Source of the DNA: Candidatus Bathyarchaeota archaeon
GTDB lineage: Archaea > Thermoproteota > Bathyarchaeia > 40CM-2-53-6
Direction: 5' to 3'
DNA: 64,000 nucleotides
NCBI GenBank assembly: GCA_963845275.1
Contig: CAWJRR010000012.1
Location: 48,845 to 112,844, forward strand
Positions within the stretch are counted from its first letter, which is position 1; each line of letters starts with the position of its first letter. Of the stretch, positions 9,132 to 18,874 are shown piece after piece. The notes beneath the pieces were generated by a model that saw only the letters and a list, made by a program, of their open reading frames with translations, was not told the origin of the DNA and ran no database searches. The position numbers and the translations under genes are program-made.

Positions 9132-10334
9132 ATGGAGCCTAATGATAACTTTCCCACCATCCGTCTGAGGAATGAGAGCTTGGCAGTGATTCGCGACTGT
9201 CTCCTCCTTGTGGTACTAGTGTTAATCTCTTCTGTTGGCATCGCTGTCGTCCTGGCTGATGAACCCAATGTAGGTATTCTCCGTGTGGATAGCTTTCAAG
9301 TTCCCAGAGAAGTCGCTCCGAACAGTGGCTTCTCAGTTACCTTAGACGTAGAGTATGGCCTCCATCTACGACCCAATAATGCTACGATCCGCGCAGCCAT
9401 CTACAAAGGCAATCTGAACTTCAGCAATCCACTGTGGCAGAGCAGTCCAGTCACAGTATCGCTGGGAGGCGAACAAATCTGGAATGTTAACCTGACATCG
9501 CCATCAAATGAAGGAGAGTTCACGTTAACTGCCGCCGCATACTTCCTTGACCAAGACACTTGGAGATTCTTCAATAATTCACTTAACGGCCCCGGCATCG
9601 CCCAAGCCGTTATCAAAGTGGGGAAGGTAGCAAGTCTTGATGTCAGCCTAGGAGTTGCAGGTGTTGCCGTGACGGTTGATAACCAGACATTTACAACCTC
9701 ATCGAAAGGCGATACGCAGACTACGCTGTTTGTAGGAAATACGTATGATGTGTCTGTTGAGCCATTGGTGGAATTTCGGAATTCGACAAGAATAGTCTTC
9801 AACGGTTGGAGCAATGGCAACAATCAAACAGAGAGAAGCGTCGTGGTTGACGGTAACGTGAACTTTGTTGGGTCGTACAGAACGCAATACAGGCTGCTTG
9901 TGAATTCTCCTGCCTCATCATATTCAGAGTGGTATGATGTTGGATCAAACGCAGAAGTCCGTATCCCGAGTTCTGTTCCAATGGATTGGCCATTTGGGCT
10001 TCTCGGCTTGCAGTACAAGTTCGTAGGATGGACTGGAGACGTTAACTCATCTCTATCGCAAGTCAATGTCACAATGAATTCTCCGAAAATCCTCAACGCC
10101 AACTTTTCCGCAGACTATGCCCCTCTAATTGTACCGATAGTCATTGTACTGTGCGTGACTGCTACAGTTACTTTCATTTTAACTCGACGACTCAGGGTGG
10201 AATACAAATCTAGTTCAGCAGACGAGCCCTCCCTTCGTTGCCATAAGTGTGGAGAGGTCGTTGAGAACAATTGGACTCATTGCATCCGGTGTGGATCAGA
10301 CTTGAAAAATGCTAGTGGCTCCGCGGCTCAATGA
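9132..10334 (+). CDS. surface protein with InlB-B-repeat-like domain, C-terminal TM helix and cytoplasmic zinc ribbon
   Basis: N-terminal TM. The segment YRLLVNSP..WYDVGSNAEVRIP..YKFVGWTGDVNS..VNVTMNSPKILNANF fits the InlB B-repeat pattern. TM helix is LIVPIVIVLCVTATVTFIL; tail is CHKCG..x..HCIRCG. Confidence 0.55.
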   Translation: MEPNDNFPTIRLRNESLAVIRDCLLLVVLVLISSVGIAVVLADEPNVGILRVDSFQVPREVAPNSGFSVTLDVEYGLHLRPNNATIRAAIYKGNLNFSNPLWQSSPVTVSLGGEQIWNVNLTSPSNEGEFTLTAAAYFLDQDTWRFFNNSLNGPGIAQAVIKVGKVASLDVSLGVAGVAVTVDNQTFTTSSKGDTQTTLFVGNTYDVSVEPLVEFRNSTRIVFNGWSNGNNQTERSVVVDGNVNFVGSYRTQYRLLVNSPASSYSEWYDVGSNAEVRIPSSVPMDWPFGLLGLQYKFVGWTGDVNSSLSQVNVTMNSPKILNANFSADYAPLIVPIVIVLCVTATVTFILTRRLRVEYKSSSADEPSLRCHKCGEVVENNWTHCIRCGSDLKNASGSAAQ

Positions 10335-10350
10335 GAACCGAGTGCTCAAC

Positions 10351-10767
10351 ATGATCAGGCGTTTGATTCCGGTGCTGATGATTCTGGTTGCTGTTGTCAG
10401 TCTTGGTTCATTCTTCTACATTACCGTTCCAAGGATCACCGCATCCACATACATCGACACATCCACTTTAACTGGAATCGCTCCGGAGATTCTACTCGAC
10501 TATTCAACTTCGACAGTCAGCTGTACGGGTATCACCCCTGTCTGTTTCGTCCAAGTCTACCCGTATACTTACACTGAAACATGGAGCGCTCAAACAACAC
10601 CAATCATGCCTCTCTACACAACTGCAACAAGCTACGTTGCGTATGCGAATAGTGGTACCACTGGCGATATCGCTGTACTCTCCATGCTAATTCTTCTTGT
10701 AGGAGGCATTGTCTTGCTTGCAAGAGAACTCAGGCGAAACCGATCGGGCAAATTCATAGGCGGATAG
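10351..10767 (+). CDS. hypothetical membrane protein (N- and C-terminal TM helices)
   Basis: I prefer the ATG at 10351 (MIRRLIPVLMILVAVV) to the ORF-track start at 10309, which overlaps the upstream gene. Confidence 0.4.
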   Translation: MIRRLIPVLMILVAVVSLGSFFYITVPRITASTYIDTSTLTGIAPEILLDYSTSTVSCTGITPVCFVQVYPYTYTETWSAQTTPIMPLYTTATSYVAYANSGTTGDIAVLSMLILLVGGIVLLARELRRNRSGKFIGG

Positions 10768-10770
10768 GAC

Positions 10771-11028
10771 ATGCCGGACCGGCTCAAGATTTTGCCCTAC
10801 CTCTTCGGATTACTGATAATCATAGTCTGTCTTGCAAGGATAATTCAGGTCTACAGTTACTTGGGTTATGCGTTCTTGGAAATTGGTCTGTTCTCTGATA
10901 AAATCTGTGCCCGAGGAAGTTATGAGATCATTATGTGCTTGCCCGACACTGTACCGCCATATGAGACAATCCTCGGCATCCTAGCGATATTGCTGATAGT
11001 TTCGCTTTGGGTGACTAAGAGGAAGTAG
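10771..11028 (+). CDS. hypothetical small membrane protein
   Basis: 85 aa with three hydrophobic segments. Lies 3 nt after the previous ORF. Confidence 0.4.
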   Translation: MPDRLKILPYLFGLLIIIVCLARIIQVYSYLGYAFLEIGLFSDKICARGSYEIIMCLPDTVPPYETILGILAILLIVSLWVTKRK

Positions 11029-11445
11029 CATACGTTTTGTGTGTGTGCAAGAGCGGCTTGAAATGGAGATGAAGCGCCGATGCCTAGCAAGCGTTCCAGA
11101 GGTTATCCGCGCGATTTTGAGCGAATACGTCTCAACACATTCCATCCCCGACGACCGGCCTCTCCAGTGAATACCGAGTTCTTGACACTAGAACCTAGGC
11201 ATCAAACTTTAACTTGGTTCATGAGGCACCGGCACTATGAATAGCTTGACCCCCAAAACTAAATCGCCTCACGATTGACACTTACTGCCGGGGCTACTCC
11301 TCTGGATCGCAAGCTGGAGTTTCTTTCAAGGCATCTACAAACCTCGAAGAGATGAATTTGTCGCACCGCAATACGTGATCGTTGCAAGAAAAAGGAGCTG
11401 ATGGCAGGCAGAGGGAGTCCACGACAATTAACAAGAGTACGTGAG

Positions 11446-11468
11446 ATAATAATAATAATAATAATAAT
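11446..11468. repeat. (ATA)n trinucleotide microsatellite, about 7.7 units, in the promoter region of the APC permease
   Basis: The run ataataataataataataataat ends 20 nt upstream of the ATG at 11489. Confidence 0.9.
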
Positions 11469-11488
11469 GCGTGGAAGGATTCTAAATC

Positions 11489-13084
11489 ATGGCCAAGAAG
11501 AGTATCCAAGGACCAATCTTTCTGTGCGATGCGACGGGTCTCGTCCGATCCTTGTCCAGCATGGACGCCTTCCTGACGGGCATTTTTGGGATGGGCTTTG
11601 TTTTCCCTCTGCAATACTTGTTCTTCGCTGGAAGCACTTACCAAGGCGTCAACCTGCCTTTGACGGTATGGTTTGGATTACCCATAGTTCTGATGATCGG
11701 TTTGGCGTACTATCAACTTTCGATTGCGTTCCCGAGGTCTGGTGGAGATTACGTGTGGGTGAGCAGGATCATTCATCCGGCGATTGGTTTCATGAACAAT
11801 TTTGTTTACGCGATTGTCTGGATGGCCTTCGTGGGACCCGTAAGCTATCAGTTTCTAAGTTGGGGACTAGGTACTATGTTCGCGAATCTGGGAGTGGTCA
11901 CGGGCAATCAATCCTATTTCGGCATGGTCGGACTGCTGTCTAATCCCTTCATAGGTTTCGGAGTTGGTCTAGTGTTTTTGATGCTCGCCACCGCGATAAG
12001 CCTTGTAGGAGTGAAGCCAACGTACAAGCTGCTATTGGTAACTTTCGGCTTAATGTTAATCGTAGTGTTGGTATACTTGGGTGCGCTTCTTGCTGCTGGT
12101 CCGTCTGGGTTCCAGGCTGGTTTCAATAGACTATCTGGTGCAGATTACAACTCCATACTCGCAGCTGCTAATAAGGCAGGATTTGTCACCGATTTCACGG
12201 CACAGGGAGCGATATTGGGTTCTGTGTGGACTTTCTTCAATTACTTAGGGTTCGGCAATTCGGTCTATGTGGCTGGTGAGATGAAGAGAAACGAGAAAGC
12301 TCAGCTGTGGGGCATCATGGGTGGAACAATGATCTTCGCGGTAGTAATGTATGTGATTTATGCTGTATCCTATTACGTAATGGGAGGGCAGTGGATAAAT
12401 GCCGCTTCTCTGCTCGCCGGATCAGGGAATCCTGCTTATTCGCTACCCTCGTCTCCAGTCGGACAATTTCTAGTCATATTTGCAAACTCAAGCCCAGTTA
12501 TCGCCGTTCTCGTACCGTTGGGGATCATGGCTGGGTGTTTGGGCGCTGTCGTGGTAACCTTCCCTATTGTTTCAAGGTGCATGTTCGCTTGGAGTTTCGA
12601 CAGAGTTGCGCCTGCAAAGTTTTGTGAAGTAAACAAGAGAGGAGTCCCTATTTATTCGATTATTCTAGCGTGCGTAGTAGGAATCGTATTTCTCGCTGCA
12701 TCATTTTGGACTACTTTCACGTCACTTCTGCTTTATGCGATTGCTTCACTTTGGATAAACGTTGCAATTATTGGTATCGCTGCGATGGTGTTTCCGTTCA
12801 GGCGGAAAGATTTGTTCAACCGTTCAGTCCCGTTTGCAAGGAAGAAGATAGTGGGTATCCCCTTAGTGAGCGTCGTTGGTCTCGTTACGTTTGTGAGTGG
12901 AACCGCGTTGGCGGTTATGTCGATAAGCCCAACCTATAGTGGCGCACCGTTGAATGTGCCGTTATTGTCTGTACAAGCGCTTATTTTCGCTCTTGGTCTT
13001 GTTATTTACTACGCGTCGGTGCTCTACCGAAAGCGACAGGGCGTAGACCTATCAACCACCTTCATGGAGATACCTCCCGAATAG
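11489..13084 (+). CDS. APC-superfamily amino acid/polyamine permease
   Basis: 531 aa with about 12 or more TM segments. Contains AFPRSGGDYVWVSR, typical of APC transporters. Paralogous to 21474-23060. Confidence 0.75.
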   Translation: MAKKSIQGPIFLCDATGLVRSLSSMDAFLTGIFGMGFVFPLQYLFFAGSTYQGVNLPLTVWFGLPIVLMIGLAYYQLSIAFPRSGGDYVWVSRIIHPAIGFMNNFVYAIVWMAFVGPVSYQFLSWGLGTMFANLGVVTGNQSYFGMVGLLSNPFIGFGVGLVFLMLATAISLVGVKPTYKLLLVTFGLMLIVVLVYLGALLAAGPSGFQAGFNRLSGADYNSILAAANKAGFVTDFTAQGAILGSVWTFFNYLGFGNSVYVAGEMKRNEKAQLWGIMGGTMIFAVVMYVIYAVSYYVMGGQWINAASLLAGSGNPAYSLPSSPVGQFLVIFANSSPVIAVLVPLGIMAGCLGAVVVTFPIVSRCMFAWSFDRVAPAKFCEVNKRGVPIYSIILACVVGIVFLAASFWTTFTSLLLYAIASLWINVAIIGIAAMVFPFRRKDLFNRSVPFARKKIVGIPLVSVVGLVTFVSGTALAVMSISPTYSGAPLNVPLLSVQALIFALGLVIYYASVLYRKRQGVDLSTTFMEIPPE

Positions 13085-13149
13085 TCGACACTGGTTACTC
13101 GAGTTTTGCGTATTTGTGAGAAGGGATGTAGATGTTTTTTCTATGGGAC

Positions 13150-14430
13150 TCAATGCACCAGACTTGATTCCACTTGGCGAAATTTCGGGGCATCTGAGTT
13201 TTCTATTCTGTCGACTAGCTTTATCTCAAAAGGTAATTCTCGAAATAGTGTCTGGCAGCGACTGCGCACATTTGGAGTAACTGACTTGGCGTTCTCTCCG
13301 TTACATGTAACGAGGATTTCGATTGAAAAGTCTCGGCGTTGTGTCACTTTGAACCGGTCCACGCCGGGCACATTTTGAAGAGCGTTTATAACAGCTATAG
13401 GAGAGATATGTTGACCGTCCTCCGTTAGAATGAAATCCACAATCCTACCTTGGATTCCCCCGATCAAAGGCAATCCTCGACCGCATGGACATTCGTCATC
13501 GATTGGAGTCGCTATATCACCGTTGAAATAGCGAATGATCGGTGTAGCAACCCTGGTGAAGGAGGTTACGTGAACCTCACCTGGTTCGTCGTGAACAGTC
13601 TCTCCCCTCCGAAGGAACTCTACGAGCAAAGTCTCAGCGTCGATGTGGTACCCTGAGTGAGACGGGCATTCCCATGCAATAGACCCTCCCACTTCTTCAC
13701 AGCCATAATGATCGTACACCTCAGCTCCAAACCTATCGCTGATGAATTTCCGAGTCGAATCGTCTAATATTTCACCGGCAGTAACTACGATCCTGAAGTT
13801 GAGGGTATTTCCGGTCAGCTCACTAAACTCGGCGAGAGCGTGGCAGTAGGAAGTATGGCCCAATAACACGTCAGGTTTCCACTTCGCAAACAGCCGCAGA
13901 TGCTCTTTAAGGTCTGTGTCATAGGTTAGCTCCCTAGAGCGTTTCTTTCTGACGTAGGACCATAGGCCCCGCCTATCACCAAGACGGGCACTGGGCGCCC
14001 CTCCTCTCGTCCTCACTACTCTGTCCAGAGGCCTTACACCATAGGCCCAGAGGAATCGTAGGTTTAGGGCGTCGCGAAATGCGAATGAATATTCGTCCTC
14101 CAATAATGCGAGTGTCGTTCCAGTTGTACCAGAACTATTATGAACTCTACAAGCGCTAAGGTCTGTTCCGCTGGCCGTCCTCTTTTCGAGTGAGCTAGCT
14201 CGGAGCTGTTCTCTGTTGATGGTGGGAAGTTTCCAGATGCCCTTGACCTCTGTGATGTCGCCAGGTTTCAGGCCTGCGTTCTGGTACAACTCACGGTAGA
14301 AGGGAACTTTGTGGTAAGCGAAATCGACAATATTCCGAAGTCTGGTGTTCTGAAGCTTCAATAGAGAACTACGGTTCATCCATTGTGAATGCTGGAGCGA
14401 CGCCCAGTTCTTCAAAACCTGAATAAACAA
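13150..14430 (-). CDS. adenylate-forming enzyme, phenylacetate-CoA ligase / coenzyme F390 synthetase family
   Basis: 426 aa. Family-typical N-terminus (..AYHKVPFYRELYQNAGLKPGDI), AMP-binding core NSSGTTGT, and C-terminal PaaK-like domain. Confidence 0.7.
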   Translation of the reverse strand: MFIQVLKNWASLQHSQWMNRSSLLKLQNTRLRNIVDFAYHKVPFYRELYQNAGLKPGDITEVKGIWKLPTINREQLRASSLEKRTASGTDLSACRVHNSSGTTGTTLALLEDEYSFAFRDALNLRFLWAYGVRPLDRVVRTRGGAPSARLGDRRGLWSYVRKKRSRELTYDTDLKEHLRLFAKWKPDVLLGHTSYCHALAEFSELTGNTLNFRIVVTAGEILDDSTRKFISDRFGAEVYDHYGCEEVGGSIAWECPSHSGYHIDAETLLVEFLRRGETVHDEPGEVHVTSFTRVATPIIRYFNGDIATPIDDECPCGRGLPLIGGIQGRIVDFILTEDGQHISPIAVINALQNVPGVDRFKVTQRRDFSIEILVTCNGENAKSVTPNVRSRCQTLFRELPFEIKLVDRIENSDAPKFRQVESSLVH

Positions 14431-14914
14431 TTCCTAGAACACCTTAACCAAGTCGCTCTTCTCGCAGATTCGTTTCCGCAGTTATGAGTGTCAAAGTGTA
14501 AGCCATGGGCAACACACAAGAAAAATATCTCAATAGACTCAAACATCTATGATTGCTACTCTCGTACGTTCTGTGAGTTTAGGATTTCCATTTTCACTCT
14601 CGAAGCTAGGCGTACCAGACGCACCATTACTCCTCGTCGAGTTTTCAATGAATTCCATATGGTCGTTGAGATCTGACAGTAGTTCCGTGAGTTTAGCAGT
14701 GAGCATGCCAATCCCATTGAGCAACCATCCGAGTTCAAGATGATCTGTCGACCTACCGACGTATGGACTAATTCAAAGCCCATCATTGAGTGCTATTCTA
14801 GTTTCTCGCGTCTTATGTTTTGCAAGAGATCAAACGGGGTTCAAATCCCGACGTGTCCAGCTGTCCGGCCACGTTGCAGTTCAGATTTTCAACTTGTGTG
14901 GGTTCAGACATTTT

Positions 14915-16275
14915 GTGTGTGAAAGGATGAAAAGTCTCTAGTCGCTGTGTCTGTGTTAGTTCTCCGCGGTTGGTAAGCCCGAAGACCCACTGACCATGTT
15001 TCGGTCGGGTGTGTGAATGGGCAGACCTCTGGAGCGGCCCCTTGAATGCGCCCCTGCGCACGAATAGGTGATTGCCGCGTTCAAGCCAACCAAGAAAAGA
15101 ACGGAGGTGAAGAACCAGGATGGCAGTCTACGTTGGAATAGACGTTCACAAGAAGTACTGTCAAGCTGCTCTAATGAACGACAACGGTTGCGTCCTACAG
15201 GAACTCCGATTCGACAACACCTCACAAGGAGCAACCAGCCTAGTCACCCTAGCAAAATCCGTAGACCCACACGTCAAGGCTGTGGTGGAACCGTCCGCAA
15301 ACTTCTGGATCAGAATCTACGATCAACTTGAGAATGAAGGAGTCGAGGTGAAGCTCAGCAACCCTTTGAGGACAAAAGCAATAGCTGAAGCACGCATCAA
15401 AACCGACCGCATAGACGCCAAAACCCTAGCCTACCTGCTCAGAGGCGATCTTGTGGCAGAAAGCTACGTCCCAACCCGAAAGAACCGTGAACGCAGAGCC
15501 CTCATCAGACACCGCGCCAGCCTAATACAAATGAGAGTAGACATCAAGAACCGCATACACGCACTCCTAGACAAACACGAACTCTCCCACACCTACACAG
15601 ACCTCTTCGGAAAACAAGGCCTTGAGTGGCTTCGAAACCTACAACTCACAACCCCAGATCAGGAGATCCTCCAATCCAGCCTACAGATCGTCGAGACATT
15701 AAATCAACAAATCCGAAGCATGGACATTCAAATCGCGAAAGACGCCACAACCGAAACCCAAGCCAAGCTTCTCATGACCATGCCAGGCGTTGACTATTAC
15801 GCAGCCATGGTCCTCCTATCCGAGATCGGAGACGTACACCGCTTCAGCTCAGACGAGAAGCTCGTCAGCTGGGTAGGATTAGCGCCTCAAGTGCACCAGT
15901 CCGGCGAAACTCAATGGACAGGTCACATCACCAGGAAAGGCAGCAAACGGACCCGATGGATTCTCGGCCAATGCGCACAATCAGCCAGACAACACGACCC
16001 ACGAATGCGAGAGTTCTACGAACGGATTGAACGGAAGCATGGATCACAGAAAGCCATCGTCGCCGTCGCCCGCAAAATGCTAGCGATAATGTACGTGATG
16101 CTCATCAGAAACGAACCATACCACGGAGAGAATCACGAGTTAACGGAGCAAAAACATAAACGCCTCAACACATTAGCTAACAGCGCTTGAACGCCACACA
16201 GAAGACCAACCGCGGAGACGCAAGCATAGTCTACAGACTTTTCATAGGTGTGGGTCTAGTGGTGCGCACACACAC
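14915..16275 (+). mobile_element. IS110-family insertion sequence, copy 1
   Basis: Same about 1.36-kb unit as 24488-25850. About 205-nt non-coding left end, then the transposase, then about 85-nt right end. Sub-terminal inverted repeat: ATGAAAAGTCTCTAG (14927-14941) versus the reverse complement of CTACAGACTTTTCAT (16231-16245). Outer limits are given here; the minimal element is about 14922-16247, because GTGTG occurs at both junctions. Confidence 0.85.
15120..16190 (+). CDS. IS110-family (DEDD/RuvC-like + Tnp C-terminal domain) transposase/recombinase
   Basis: N-terminus MAVYVGIDVHKK (DEDD-type first Asp). C-terminal block PGVDYYAAMVLLSEIGDVHRFSS..KLVSWVGLAPQVHQSGE..G.ITRKGSKRTRWIL is typical of Transposase_20. 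Confidence 0.9.
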   Translation: MAVYVGIDVHKKYCQAALMNDNGCVLQELRFDNTSQGATSLVTLAKSVDPHVKAVVEPSANFWIRIYDQLENEGVEVKLSNPLRTKAIAEARIKTDRIDAKTLAYLLRGDLVAESYVPTRKNRERRALIRHRASLIQMRVDIKNRIHALLDKHELSHTYTDLFGKQGLEWLRNLQLTTPDQEILQSSLQIVETLNQQIRSMDIQIAKDATTETQAKLLMTMPGVDYYAAMVLLSEIGDVHRFSSDEKLVSWVGLAPQVHQSGETQWTGHITRKGSKRTRWILGQCAQSARQHDPRMREFYERIERKHGSQKAIVAVARKMLAIMYVMLIRNEPYHGENHELTEQKHKRLNTLANSA

Positions 16276-16656
16276 CAAAGGCGTCAAGAATGATGTTAGA
16301 ATATGGCTGTGCCGTTGGGATTGTTTACGCGAGCGTAGCCCTGTGCGTTGTCCGAGGCAGGTTGCGTTGAATTCGTTTGAGAGGACTCGTCGTTCGACCT
16401 GCGGTAAAAATAATAGCTGACCACAACACCGCCAACCATCACGGGCACCCACCAATAATCCCTCCACGAAAAGGTACCAGCCTTCGGGCTAACGCTACCT
16501 AGATCCGCGCTCTTCCCCTGATCGGCGCCAGTGGAACGTTGCTCAGATAAGATTGAGGATGGCCCGGATTTGCCAGCATCCTTGATCGATGTGCCTTCCT
16601 GGTCTGAGGGTAGATTGCCCTGGATCCTAGTATCGATCTTGGGAGCCGGCGCTTGA

Positions 16657-17163
16657 TTATTCCCGATTAGCGCAAATGGAACGAACGTTGATCTCGGTGA
16701 CTAATTCGGCAATCTGCTGTTCTTTCTTTAGGATGTCATCAACCAGCTGTTCGGGTGGTAAGCGCTCAGCATCTTGCGGGCCGTTTGGGTTCTTGAGATC
16801 GAGATTAGCAGACACCAATGCGCCAGCATCATCATACTTCAACACTTCTTCAGATCGCACCAGCCAAGGACCAAATCCTGCCATATATCCGCCAATGTAT
16901 CCGGCGGTTGTTACCTCGGAACCGAAATACGCGTCTTGTGCGACGTGTAAGTTTCCGCGTGTATCATAAACATCTATTCCTCCTCCGATCATCTGAGTGT
17001 AAAGGTCGGATGCAGGTGGTGCGTTGTTGCTGAGTGCGCCATCAAAGGTTTCGTCCTGGAATAGGCCTGTAGTTGGCACCGTTGACGCCCAAGAACGCAG
17101 GGGCTGATTCACGTCTCCGGTCCATTCGACAAATGAATTGTTCTTGAACCATCGCCGTTTCAT
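16657..17163 (-). CDS. hypothetical protein
   Basis: 168-aa ORF downstream of, and co-oriented with, the SBP gene. No motif recognised. See the finding on the ATG-less ORF that follows it. Confidence 0.4.
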   Translation of the reverse strand: MKRRWFKNNSFVEWTGDVNQPLRSWASTVPTTGLFQDETFDGALSNNAPPASDLYTQMIGGGIDVYDTRGNLHVAQDAYFGSEVTTAGYIGGYMAGFGPWLVRSEEVLKYDDAGALVSANLDLKNPNGPQDAERLPPEQLVDDILKKEQQIAELVTEINVRSICANRE

Positions 17164-17197
17164 TTTCTGTGTGTGAAAAAAAAGAGTGAGGAGAGCT

Positions 17198-18874
17198 TTA
17201 GCTCTGCGTCAAGTAGATTGTGCTGAAATCGAGACTGAGGCCCGGTGAGAGTACCACATTGTTGTATATGCCATGAACATTGGTTCTGAAGACATAGTAG
17301 CTTGTGAATTGGCCCAGCCATGCATACGGAGCATCGTCGATCAGGATCCTAGTGATCTCATTGTACATTGCGATCCGTTGAGCTGCATCTGTAACGTAAG
17401 GGGCCTTACTGTAGAGCTCCACTACTCGCGGGTTACTGTAGTAGGCTGGGTTCCAACCAACCGGTGGGAACTGGGCGTTGGTAAATGGGATCACAAAATC
17501 GTCTGGGGATGGGTAGTCCGCGTACCATTCGGTCCAACCCATCTCGGGCACATTGTTGGGTCCAGAGAACACCTTGTCCATGTCCGTTGCAATGGATACT
17601 CCGAGCAGATTTATGTTGATGCCGATGTTCGATAGATCCTGCTGGACCTCTTGAGCGATCAACGCAACCGAAGCATCTCGCGAGAAGTACATGTACGTAA
17701 TGGTCGGTAGGCCTTTGCCATCCGGATAGCCAGCCTGAGTCAACAGTTGTTTCGCGAGTTCCGGGTCGTACGTGTATGGTTGGATGCTTTCATTGTATCC
17801 CTCTAAGCCCCTAGCGATTGGACCTACATAACGGACGGTGAGGTTATGGTTGATCCCAGACATTATTGCGTCGTAGTTGATTGCATGCACGACTGCACGT
17901 CTTAGTAGGGTATTGTTAAATGGGAAGGTCTTGGCGTTCATGTAGATGAAGTCGATGTGAAAAGACGTTCCGAAGCTCTGTATCGTTATCCCTGGCTGGT
18001 TCTGTACGTCCTGAACATGATTAACATCGATCGTTGCGATCTGAGCGAAACCGCTCTTCAGGTCGACTTCACGCGTTTGGACGCTGGCCTTGTAGTACAT
18101 GACCACCTTGTCCAGTTTGGGGGAGTCTCCCCAATAGTTGGGGTTCCTGACCAATGTCAAATGGTCTCCCCTTATCCATTCCTGGAGAATGAATGGAGCT
18201 GTTCCGACAGCGTTTGAGTCCATCCACGTGTTGGTGGAGTTTGCGACAACACCACCGTGCGCCTCGACTACGGCTGGGTCTACTATAGACGCTGTCATTG
18301 TGGACATTGTTGCAAGGAACGCTGAGTACGGTTGGGTGAGGTGCATCTCCACCGTGTAAGGGTCTATGACCTTCACACTGTCCAAGGTTAGGCTTTGTGA
18401 GAGAATCCAAGATGGGGCCTGGTTCATTTTGAGCACCCGGTCAAACGAGTACTTGACCGCGTTTGCGTCGAACGCGTCACCGTTGCTGAACTTCACGTCT
18501 TGCCTGAGCTTGAACGTGTAAACCAATCCGTCGGGGCTTGAGGTCCACGATGTGGCGAGCAAACCGACAAACTTGGATGCGTCAGCTTTTTCGTACGTGA
18601 CCAAGGTTTGGTAGATGTTAGATATGACCTCCCAGCCTGCGTACTCATAGTTGTAAGCTGGGTCAACGCCCTGCAGTTCATTTGCCTTGTCCACCACGAG
18701 CGTCGTTGGTCCAGGCATTTCGCTCGTACTCATTTCGCTGGTGGTCACAGTTGGTGTCGTCACGGGCTTGTAAGCTACATAACCAGCAATCCCTATTAGA
18801 ACAACGATGGCGATTACCGCGATGGCCGCAGCTGTTCGTGAAATTGCTCTCCTAGAGAGTCTGACCTCTTTCAA
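17198..18874 (-). CDS. ABC transporter substrate-binding protein, family 5 (peptide/nickel, DppA/OppA-like), membrane anchored
   Basis: 558 aa. N-terminal TM anchor plus Thr-rich linker, then the SBP_bac_5 pattern (YNYEYAGWEVISNIYQTLV.., FKLRQDVKFSNGD, NPNYWG). No cognate permease or ATPase genes in the window. Confidence 0.8.
   Translation of the reverse strand: MKEVRLSRRAISRTAAAIAVIAIVVLIGIAGYVAYKPVTTPTVTTSEMSTSEMPGPTTLVVDKANELQGVDPAYNYEYAGWEVISNIYQTLVTYEKADASKFVGLLATSWTSSPDGLVYTFKLRQDVKFSNGDAFDANAVKYSFDRVLKMNQAPSWILSQSLTLDSVKVIDPYTVEMHLTQPYSAFLATMSTMTASIVDPAVVEAHGGVVANSTNTWMDSNAVGTAPFILQEWIRGDHLTLVRNPNYWGDSPKLDKVVMYYKASVQTREVDLKSGFAQIATIDVNHVQDVQNQPGITIQSFGTSFHIDFIYMNAKTFPFNNTLLRRAVVHAINYDAIMSGINHNLTVRYVGPIARGLEGYNESIQPYTYDPELAKQLLTQAGYPDGKGLPTITYMYFSRDASVALIAQEVQQDLSNIGININLLGVSIATDMDKVFSGPNNVPEMGWTEWYADYPSPDDFVIPFTNAQFPPVGWNPAYYSNPRVVELYSKAPYVTDAAQRIAMYNEITRILIDDAPYAWLGQFTSYYVFRTNVHGIYNNVVLSPGLSLDFSTIYLTQS

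Noticed and set aside
14956-15331. Small ORFs inside the IS ends (14956-15234 minus, 15068-15331 plus, 16231-16467 minus, and their mirror copies at 25434-25809).
   Set aside because: They overlap the transposase start or the non-coding ends, have no motifs, and one differs between copies by a non-conservative change (C vs H). The left end is more plausibly an RNA-coding or regulatory region.
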